Positions 1 through 7,317 of a DNA stretch of 59,966 bases are shown here, one piece after another. The notes beneath the pieces are model-generated. The model made no database searches and had not been told where the DNA came from. It saw only the letters and a program-made list of their open reading frames with translations. Source of the DNA: an uncultured Candidatus Poseidoniales archaeon (GTDB lineage Archaea > Thermoplasmatota > Poseidoniia > Poseidoniales > Poseidoniaceae); the NCBI GenBank assembly GCA_964014545.1, contig CAXGZX010000003.1, positions 1 to 59,966 on the forward strand, in the 5' to 3' direction. A program made the translations under genes and the position numbers. Every line of letters starts with the position of its first letter. The stretch's first letter is position 1.

Positions 1-253
1 TCGCTTGAGGATTCGGATGATTGTTCAGAAATGGAAGTCCCTCAAATATAATTAACGTTGGAAATACTTAGTATTACTCCCAACAACGATGAATCAATCG
101 GCTCAAACTGTAGTTCATGGCTATTGTTTGGCGAACATGAGCGAGTTGGATGGGTTAACAGTTGTGGAATTTTCACAAAGCCGATAAGTCATCTAATAAG
201 TTGATAATTTTTACCAAGAGAGATTTTATTAGCAAATACTCAGGCAACAAAAC

Positions 254-499
254 ATGGGCTTTATTGGACAGTGGTTTGGCTTTAACGGTTGGAAGGAACT
301 TTCTACTCGAGGAAGTATATTTGCTACTATTTTTTATCGTGTTTTCTTTGTAGTTGGTCTAGCAGTGTCTATTATCACTTATTCATACATCTCAGGAGGA
401 GAGGACCCTTCAGCAATTTGGATTTTGGTTGTCGGGCTGATTTGGTTCCTGGTGTTCCAATTTTTAATCAACCTAATTTTTGTCAATGGTTCGAGATAA
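254..499 (+). CDS. small membrane protein (2 predicted TM helices), unknown function
   Basis: 81-aa ORF with two hydrophobic stretches (IFATIFYRVFFVVGLAVSII; AIWILVVGLIWFLVFQFLINLIF); overlapping frames look less protein-like. Confidence 0.7.
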   Translation: MGFIGQWFGFNGWKELSTRGSIFATIFYRVFFVVGLAVSIITYSYISGGEDPSAIWILVVGLIWFLVFQFLINLIFVNGSR

Positions 500-607
500 A
501 GTCACCTAGTTAAGGGGTTTTGAGCGGTTTCTTGCCAAAAATCAAACCGCTGAAAAAAACATCATATTAATAGGGGACGGATGTAAATCAATGTGAGGCG
601 AATTAAA

Positions 608-778
608 ATGAGCGGACAATTAGGAAAAATTGGATTAGTAGCAAGCATGTTATCAGTAGTAGGATCTTTGTATCTTTACTTTGTAACTGGTGATGAGAAT
701 TTAGGTATATTTGTGGGTCTTTGGGCTCCTACTTTGATTCTTGCAACTAAGGAAATTGAAGACTGGATGCAAAACTGA
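608..778 (+). CDS. small membrane protein with GIFVGLWAPT motif
   Basis: ORF track 593..778; ATG at 608 (MSGQLGK) preferred; two hydrophobic segments; FVGxWAPT resembles a short uncharacterised prokaryotic membrane family (from recall). Confidence 0.7.
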   Translation: MSGQLGKIGLVASMLSVVGSLYLYFVTGDENLGIFVGLWAPTLILATKEIEDWMQN

Positions 779-796
779 ATCTAACGATAATCACAC

Positions 797-864
797 AACT
801 GTCGAGAAATCTCGACTGTTCAAACACGTGTTTGGAATTTTAACGGTGTACGCAGTATATCTGC
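797..864. other. cluster of dyad-symmetry elements between convergent genes (possible bidirectional terminator or operator)
   Basis: GTCGAG-aaat-CTCGAC (801-816), perfect 14-bp palindrome CAAACACGTGTTTG (821-834), GCAG-tatat-CTGC (852-864). Confidence 0.4.
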
Positions 865-898
865 TCTGATCTAGATTATGATGTCAATTAACGCTAGT

Positions 899-1843
899 CT
901 AATTGGTAAAGTCACTAAGGAAATTCCAAATTAGTTGATAGGTCGCGGTACCGTCTACTTCATCAGGCCAGGTATGCTCATGAAACTCTATACCATAATG
1001 CTCAACTCGAGCATCGTGAGAACACTGTGAATGAGTTATGTGTTCAAGTAGAAAGTCACTATCAGTATCGCTGGTTTGGCAAGCTAATTTTTGCCCCCAA
1101 TAATCGATCATTCCCGGAACCCCACTCATCGTACCAACTCCTTCATGTTCGCCATCTTTCCAATCCCAATCATCGTCATAATCAATGATGTAATCGAGTT
1201 TGCCGTGGATGTGCATAACTGACATGCTGCCAAGCATATCGCAAGTTTCAGGTTGAACTGGCATGGTTCCAGCAAAAGACGCTACTGCCGCAAAGCGTTG
1301 ATTCAGTTGGCAAGCGATTTCATAGGTAAACATTGAACCCAGTGAATAGCCAATTGCGTATAATCTGTCTTGGTCTACACAATATGATTTTGACAACTCA
1401 TCAACGATTGCTTCGGTAAAATCATTATCATCTCTAGAAGTTGCTGCAGTATTTAGGTACCAATCACCTTCAGAAGCAGTTCTGTCATCTTGTGCAATAG
1501 CATAAGCCATGATGAATTTCTCCTCTTCTGCTAACTGATCAAATTCACTTTGTTGCTGAAAATCTTCTGCTTCACCACCTCCGCCGTGAAAGGCAATGAT
1601 GATTGGTAATTCTACTCCTGCATCTGAGCTTGGTACTGATAATCTAAATAATCTGGATTCGCCGTTAACCGTGATTTCGGTCATTGATTGTGAAATAGCA
1701 GTTGAGCCTTGTAAGCAAGGATTTTCAACCTCTATTAATGATTCAGCATCAATTACCACACTGGTCGATTCGTCGCTTATGCAGCCTATCAACGAGGCTG
1801 AAATTAGTAAACTGACTAACAGCAGTGACCTAACCAGTCGCAT
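899..1843 (-). CDS. secreted or lipid-anchored alpha/beta-hydrolase, LpqC / PHB-depolymerase-like esterase
   Basis: signal peptide with lipobox-like LIGC; AFHGGGG oxyanion region, GYSLG nucleophile elbow, HGKLD acid, HTWP catalytic His. Confidence 0.85.
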   Translation of the reverse strand: MRLVRSLLLVSLLISASLIGCISDESTSVVIDAESLIEVENPCLQGSTAISQSMTEITVNGESRLFRLSVPSSDAGVELPIIIAFHGGGGEAEDFQQQSEFDQLAEEEKFIMAYAIAQDDRTASEGDWYLNTAATSRDDNDFTEAIVDELSKSYCVDQDRLYAIGYSLGSMFTYEIACQLNQRFAAVASFAGTMPVQPETCDMLGSMSVMHIHGKLDYIIDYDDDWDWKDGEHEGVGTMSGVPGMIDYWGQKLACQTSDTDSDFLLEHITHSQCSHDARVEHYGIEFHEHTWPDEVDGTATYQLIWNFLSDFTN

Positions 1844-1921
1844 GGGCTCGGGTTTAGTGGTTGATTTAACAATTTAACCCTGTTTTGTTTCAGCGGTTTC
1901 AACACTAATTGTAAAAGCCCC

Positions 1922-2397
1922 ATGTCGTAATTAGTTCCTATCCAGACATCTTATTGGATAATGCTCATAACAGGTTTTTATAATTGATTATAACAAGCAA
2001 TCAATGAGGCTTTAGTATCACTTTTGATTCAGAGTATGAACCATTTTTCCAACCCCCCGGTTGGGTGGTTGGGCCTGTATGGGCTGTACTATACACGTGT
2101 ATGGCAATTAGTTTGGTCAATGTGCTAGCAAAACGCAGCGAATTCTCAAATTTCGCCTTAATATGTGCTTTTTTTGTAATTCAGTTAGTGATAAATTTAG
2201 CTTGGCCTGCAGTGTTTAACTCGGAAAGATACTTGACCTCATTGGTCATGTTATTCTTCATGATTTTATTTACCGCACTTTATGCTTACATGATTTATGA
2301 TGCAGCACCATTTGAATCTAAATTAATGTGGCCATATATTGCTTGGATGATATTTGCCGCAATGATTAATACGGCATATTATCTTGAATTCCGCTGA
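1922..2397 (+). pseudogene. tspO: TspO/MBR tryptophan-rich sensory protein, 5'-disrupted (intact frame only 2008-2397; ORF track 2065..2397)
   Basis: PFFQPPGWVVGPVWAVLYTCM, QLVINLAWPAVF and PYIAWMIFAAMIN match TspO; the conserved FQPPGW lies upstream of the called GTG with no start codon before in-frame TGA 2005-2007; first TM helix missing from the frame. Family call is strong, pseudogene status moderate. Confidence 0.55.
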
Positions 2398-2400
2398 TTA

Positions 2401-3201
2401 TTAATTGCTGGGGATGGGAGCGGTATTGCTCCATTGGGCATTTGGCTTGTGCCAATCCCTCACTTGGTCGGTTTCTAAACGGAGTTGTAGTCCTTGGCCT
2501 TGAGTGAATTCAACGTCCTCTAGAGAGTAGTCTACGACTTGTTCATTACTGCGGAAGGTTTCGTCAAACAGCACTTCTTCACCAATAATCTCGCCTTGTT
2601 GAGTATATTGGAGTATTACCCGCAGATGGCATTCTTGCAGTGGATTGCGCAATGAACATGATTCACTACTTCCATCGTGTTCGACTTCAACAAATCCAGC
2701 AATGGTTTGTAATCCTGGTTGAACTACTAAATCGATTACAGTATCTTTGGCGGTTGGCGCACAAACACATTCCATGTTGTCTACCTCTGCTGCTGAATCT
2801 CGATCAACAGTAACTTCTGTTGTGGCGATTTTAATTTCATCTGGACCGATTGAGGTTGCTGTAACAATGTAAACTCCCGAAGTTTTGAACATATGAGATA
2901 CCGTAGACCCGGCAGCAGTGGTTCCGTCAGCAAAGTCCCATGTTACAGCATCAGAGCCACCATTTGAGTCAAACACAAATTCGTGGTAAACCCAAGTTAT
3001 CGCAGCTTCTTCGTCATTGTCGCCCTCATCGATTTCAACTAGGGTGTATTGATTGGTCCCAGTAGCATCATTCACAGAGATGGAAAATGAATCATCACTG
3101 TCGGTAAAATTGGTGACGTCTAATTTTTCTAACACCACTCCGCCAAACAGACCTGAAACAAAGATAACAATTCCAATTATGGCTACAGTACGGTTTGACA
3201 T
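2401..3201 (-). CDS. membrane-anchored PKD-domain protein
   Basis: N-terminal TM/signal helix; PKD signature WDFADGTTAAGSTVSHMFKTSGVYIVT. Confidence 0.8.
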   Translation of the reverse strand: MSNRTVAIIGIVIFVSGLFGGVVLEKLDVTNFTDSDDSFSISVNDATGTNQYTLVEIDEGDNDEEAAITWVYHEFVFDSNGGSDAVTWDFADGTTAAGSTVSHMFKTSGVYIVTATSIGPDEIKIATTEVTVDRDSAAEVDNMECVCAPTAKDTVIDLVVQPGLQTIAGFVEVEHDGSSESCSLRNPLQECHLRVILQYTQQGEIIGEEVLFDETFRSNEQVVDYSLEDVEFTQGQGLQLRLETDQVRDWHKPNAQWSNTAPIPSN

Positions 3202-3275
3202 ATCTACTAATCGGCGTCATTGGCTATATACTTCTGTCACGAAGCGTGGGCGTCAAGATATACTGAGTGGTCTGT

Positions 3276-4889
3276 TCAACGATTGCCAATTCTACGGCCT
3301 CTATTACCTCGGCCGCCGACCTTTGGTCGTCCTTGGAATGACTTTTTTTGCCCTTCTGAACGATTACCTCGGTTAGGTCGTGAGTGGGTGTTACGTGGTT
3401 TTCTTTTGTTATATGGTCGGCGACTACCTTCCTGATTGTCTGATCGGTCACCGCCACCTCGGCCGCCGTCACGTCCGCCGTCACGGCCACCATCACGTTC
3501 ACCGCCACGATTGCCACCACGGCCACCATCTCGGCCTCCACCACGACCACCGCCACGGTTGCCACCACGGCCACCATCTCGGCCTCCGCCACGGCCACCG
3601 CCACGGCCACCACCACGACCGCCGCCGCGATAACCACCACGACCGCCGCCACGTCCGCCACCGCCACCTGAGCGATTTCGACCACCATAATGGCCGCCAC
3701 GAGAGTCATTACGATCTCTAGAATCAAATCCACGATCCCTGCTTGCTGGAATAAATTCTACTTCGAATTCGGGTAAATCTGAAAATTCTGGTGGTTTAAA
3801 TTCAACATTGATTCCGACATCACGTTGAATTCGATTGGTGGCTTTCTTCTGAGGTTTTTGCACCAAAGAAATCACCACACCAGTCATACCTCCCCTTGCA
3901 GTTCGCCCGCTACGGTGCTTGTACGCTTTACCATTTTCAGGTGGATCATAGTGAATTACACAATTGACTCCTTCGACATCGATTCCTCGTGCTGCAACGT
4001 CGGTAGCTATCAGAGCCATACATTCTCCATGCTGGAAACGTTGCATTGCCCTGTCACGATTTTTTTGTGATAGGCCGCCGTGCAGAGTTTGCGCCGACAA
4101 GCCATCTTGTCTTAGGTCGTCACCAACCCGATCTGCACCGGCTCTTGTTCGACAAAACACAATAGTTCGCCCACATTTTCTGATAATTTCGCTGGATATA
4201 GTGGATTTTTTAGAATGGGGCATTAACCAGAAAAAGTGAGTCATGCTCTCCATGGACACCTCTTTTGGACCAACCTCAATGGTTACTGGATTGGTTTGAT
4301 AATCTCGAACTAACTCTCCAACTTCATCATCTAAAGTAGCGCTGAACAATATTGTTTGACGGTCTTTCTTACACTCATCAAGAATATCACAAACTGGTTC
4401 CATAAATCCCATGTCAGCCATACGATCTGCTTCGTCTAAAACAACAACTTCTACATCCTCAAGATTTACTGAGCCGCGGTCCATTAGATCAAGTAGACGG
4501 CCTGGACAAGCCACTAAAATATCTACACCACGATCAAAGGCTTTGAATTGTTTACCGTAGGAAACGCCTCCATAAACTGCGTAAGTATACAATCCCAATT
4601 CTCTGGAAAGTGGATCTAAAACCCGATAAATTTGTTCTGCTAACTCTCTTGTTGGAGTCAATATAAGCGAAGTAGGAAAACCTGGTTCAGCTTTCTTAGT
4701 ACGTTCAATAAGCGGCAGACCAAAAGCCAATGTCTTACCTGAGCCAGTTGGAGCCCGGCAGCAAAGGTCGTTACCGAGCATACCATCTGGTATTGACTCT
4801 GTTTGAACCTCAAACGGTTCGTTAATTCCTTGGTCTGCCAGCAGCTTAACTAGGCTGCTAGAAACTCCAAGGTCGCTAAAAGACACCAT
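3276..4889 (-). CDS. DEAD-box ATP-dependent RNA helicase with long RGG/GGR-rich C-terminal tail
   Basis: Q motif (F..VQ), APTGSGKT, PTRELA, PGRLLD, DEAD, SAT, ARGID, HRSGRTAR; ATG 4889 (MVSFSDLG) preferred over ORF-track 4931. Confidence 0.95.
   Translation of the reverse strand: MVSFSDLGVSSSLVKLLADQGINEPFEVQTESIPDGMLGNDLCCRAPTGSGKTLAFGLPLIERTKKAEPGFPTSLILTPTRELAEQIYRVLDPLSRELGLYTYAVYGGVSYGKQFKAFDRGVDILVACPGRLLDLMDRGSVNLEDVEVVVLDEADRMADMGFMEPVCDILDECKKDRQTILFSATLDDEVGELVRDYQTNPVTIEVGPKEVSMESMTHFFWLMPHSKKSTISSEIIRKCGRTIVFCRTRAGADRVGDDLRQDGLSAQTLHGGLSQKNRDRAMQRFQHGECMALIATDVAARGIDVEGVNCVIHYDPPENGKAYKHRSGRTARGGMTGVVISLVQKPQKKATNRIQRDVGINVEFKPPEFSDLPEFEVEFIPASRDRGFDSRDRNDSRGGHYGGRNRSGGGGGRGGGRGGYRGGGRGGGRGGGRGGGRDGGRGGNRGGGRGGGRDGGRGGNRGGERDGGRDGGRDGGRGGGDRSDNQEGSRRPYNKRKPRNTHSRPNRGNRSEGQKKSFQGRPKVGGRGNRGRRIGNR
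3436..3690 (-). repeat. GC-rich low-complexity coding repeat (RGG tail) containing a 48-bp-period duplication
   Basis: TTGCCACCACGGCCACCATCTCGGCCTCC occurs exactly at 3511-3539 and 3559-3587; surrounding (CCR)n triplets encode GGRGGGRDGG repeats. Confidence 0.85.
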
Positions 4890-4983
4890 ATCGAACAAAC
4901 CATCCCGCCGTCCAACCCTATTTGATACCATCCGTCCAAAACTGCGGTTTTTAGCCTACAGTTGAACATTGAATCAATCGCCG

Positions 4984-6177
4984 TTACTGGCGACTAACCA
5001 GCATGGCAACTGCATTTCCGCCACCTAAGCAAAGAGTTACAATACCTGATTTACTATCTGTTCGGCGCATTATTCCAAGTAGCGTGATTAAGCACCTTGT
5101 TCCACTACTGCCTAGCGGATGACCAAGAGAAATAGCACCACCGTGGAGATTGAAGCGCTCATTTGGAATCCCAATCTCCTTGGCAACTGCACAGGATGCA
5201 GAAGCAAATGCTTCATTGTGCTCATAAATATCAACATCTAATACCTCTAGCTGGTTGCGTTCAAGTAAGGTTCTTATCGCCGGTATGGGAGCGCTCATAA
5301 CTCTATGTGGCTCAACTCCAGTAGTACAGTAGTCATCTATGTAAGCAATTATTTCCCAATTATTTTCCTTGGCTGTGGCTTCATCAGCGAGTAAAATAGC
5401 GCTAGCCCCATCATTTAGCGTACTAGCATTGCCTGCTGTAACTTGCCCATCTTTATTGAACACTGGTCTTAGTTTGGCTAATATTTCATTACTAGTGGCG
5501 GATTTAATACCCTCATCTCTAGTAAATTTGAGATCGTCACCTCGGCGCTTTGGTACAGAAACGGTGAATGTTTCCCAATCAAACCATCCTGAATCCCAGG
5601 CCGTTGCGGCTCTTTGGTGACTTCTAACTGCGTAATTATCTGAATCCCTGCGTGAGATATGGTTTTCTTGCGCTACTGTTTCACCAGTATTGCCCATGTG
5701 GATATCGTTGTAAACATCCCATAGACCGTCATGAATCATCGAATCGATTAACTTTGAGTCACCCATTTTCTTACCCTTTCTTTGTCCCACTAAGAGTTGG
5801 GGCGCATTGGACATACTCTCCATACCACCGGCAATAACAACCTTTGATTTACCTGCCAAAATACTGTTTGCGGCTAACATAGCGGCTTCTAGAGAACTCC
5901 CGCATACCTTGTTAATGGTTGATGCTGAAGTAGTCACTGGAAGCCCTGAACCAAGTGTAACTTGGCGTGCGGGGTTTTGCCCCGAGCCTGCTTGCAATAC
6001 TTGACCGAAATAGACGTCATCAACAATTCCACTTGAGGCATCAAAACCAACTCGTGAGCATAATTCCTTGACAGCCATAATTCCTAAATCTACAGCACTA
6101 ATAGATGATAAGGCACCCATAAAACTGCCAATTGGAGTCCTTGCTACGCCACAAATAACCACCCTTTTGGTGCTCAT
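4984..6177 (-). CDS. atoB: acetyl-CoA C-acetyltransferase (thiolase II)
   Basis: NKVCGS active-site Cys, GGMESMS, HNEAF, GGAISLGHPLGSSG, CLGGG. Confidence 0.93.
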   Translation of the reverse strand: MSTKRVVICGVARTPIGSFMGALSSISAVDLGIMAVKELCSRVGFDASSGIVDDVYFGQVLQAGSGQNPARQVTLGSGLPVTTSASTINKVCGSSLEAAMLAANSILAGKSKVVIAGGMESMSNAPQLLVGQRKGKKMGDSKLIDSMIHDGLWDVYNDIHMGNTGETVAQENHISRRDSDNYAVRSHQRAATAWDSGWFDWETFTVSVPKRRGDDLKFTRDEGIKSATSNEILAKLRPVFNKDGQVTAGNASTLNDGASAILLADEATAKENNWEIIAYIDDYCTTGVEPHRVMSAPIPAIRTLLERNQLEVLDVDIYEHNEAFASASCAVAKEIGIPNERFNLHGGAISLGHPLGSSGTRCLITLLGIMRRTDSKSGIVTLCLGGGNAVAMLVSRQ

Positions 6178-6271
6178 GGATTAGCCAACATGATTCAGGA
6201 CTTCAATCTGCTCATCATAAATTCGTGCAGAAAATGAGAAGACTTGATGAAAGAAGAGTTGTGCGCACATC

Positions 6272-7096
6272 ATGGCGAAATTCAAGACTGAGTTTGAAAC
6301 TGACCGAAAACCGAACCAAATGAGACATGTAGAAGTTGAGATTGATTTCACAACAAATGCTCTCGCTTCCATTCTATATCGACAGGGAGATACTGTTGTA
6401 CTAGCATGTTGTACCAAAGAGGCGAGATTACCCGGATGGTTTCCGCGCGATTCTACCAAAGGTTGGGTTCATGCTGAATACTCGCTTTTGCCTGGGTCTA
6501 CTGACTCACGATTCCGCAGAGAACGCCGAGGTGCCAAGGGTAGAACCCAAGAAATCGAACGGTTAGTCGCTAGATCGTTACGTGCAGCAGTAGATTTAGA
6601 ACAACTAGGACCTGTGGCATTAAATGTTGATTGTGACATCTTAAACGCTGATGGCGGGACTAGATGTGCATCTATTACTGCGGCCAATTTAGCCCTACGC
6701 TTGGCCGTTAGAAGATTGATAGCCAACGGACAATGTTTGCCATTGGAGATGCGCCCAACTGATGAAGAGAAAAAGTCTGGCTGGAAAGCACCAACATTAA
6801 CTCCCGAACAACAAATGGAACATGAAAATAGGGTAATACCACACGATTTAGCAGCAATTTCAGTAGGATTAATCGAAGGAGATGTGTATCTAGACTTGGA
6901 TTACGTACTAGATTCGAATGCAGATGTCGACATGAATGTGGTAAAAACCGCTGATGGCAAGTATGTTGAGTTGCAAGGTACTGGTGAGGAATCAACGTTT
7001 TCTGGTGAGGAATTATCCGCGCTTATTGCACTAGCTGATGCTGGATTAGATGGGCTGTTTGAAGTTCAAGCAGCAATTCTTGATGGCATCAACTAA
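6272..7096 (+). CDS. rph: ribonuclease PH, bacterial type
   Basis: GWVHAEYSLLP, GRTQEIERLVARSLRAAVDL, DCDILNADGGTRCASIT, LDLDYxxDSxADVDMNVV and VELQGTGE match bacterial RNase PH rather than exosome Rrp41/42. Confidence 0.9.
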   Translation: MAKFKTEFETDRKPNQMRHVEVEIDFTTNALASILYRQGDTVVLACCTKEARLPGWFPRDSTKGWVHAEYSLLPGSTDSRFRRERRGAKGRTQEIERLVARSLRAAVDLEQLGPVALNVDCDILNADGGTRCASITAANLALRLAVRRLIANGQCLPLEMRPTDEEKKSGWKAPTLTPEQQMEHENRVIPHDLAAISVGLIEGDVYLDLDYVLDSNADVDMNVVKTADGKYVELQGTGEESTFSGEELSALIALADAGLDGLFEVQAAILDGIN

Positions 7097-7151
7097 TCAT
7101 GACCTTTTCTTTGGAAGATTTCAAATGCCAAATCATTCCGCAGGTACTTGC

Positions 7152-7227
7152 GGGTAGGTAGCTTAGTTGGGAGAGCGCAGCACTGAAGATGCTGAGGTCG
7201 CCGGTTCAAGTCCGGCCCTACCCACCA
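7152..7227 (+). tRNA. trnF: tRNA-Phe (GAA), intron-less, with encoded 3'-CCA
   Basis: cloverleaf: acceptor GGGTAGG/CCTACCC, D-arm GCTT/GAGC, anticodon arm CAGCA-CTGAAGA-TGCTG, T-arm GCCGG-TTCAAGT-CCGGC, discriminator A then CCA (7225-7227). Confidence 0.97.
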
Positions 7228-7317
7228 ACTAATAGTAGGCAAACAAGTGGCCTATTGGCTTTTGATGATGTACAAAATGAACCATGCATTAATTTGCTAG
7301 TTTCTAGTATGCGTGCC

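Noticed and set aside
1-250. Possible gene end at 1..51 (+) and short ORF 162..353
   Set aside because: Too short or uninformative to support; 162..353 overlaps the better 254..499 ORF
810-835. GTTCAAAC resembling a tRNA T-loop
   Set aside because: Flanks do not form a T-stem or cloverleaf; not a tRNA remnant
3224-3733. Extra ORFs (3224..3733 -, 3380..3721 +, 3436..3633 +) with Val/Ala-, His- or Pro/Arg-rich translations
   Set aside because: They are alternative-frame shadows of the GC-rich RGG tail of the DEAD-box helicase
7152-7260. tRNA-Phe as a possible integration site for a genomic island or provirus
   Set aside because: No integrase nearby, and I found no duplicated tRNA 3' end (att site) in the window; flanking genes look like core genes
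7189-7317. ORF-track N-terminal extension of the 743-aa protein
   Set aside because: It starts inside the tRNA-Phe gene; ATG 7318 is the plausible start
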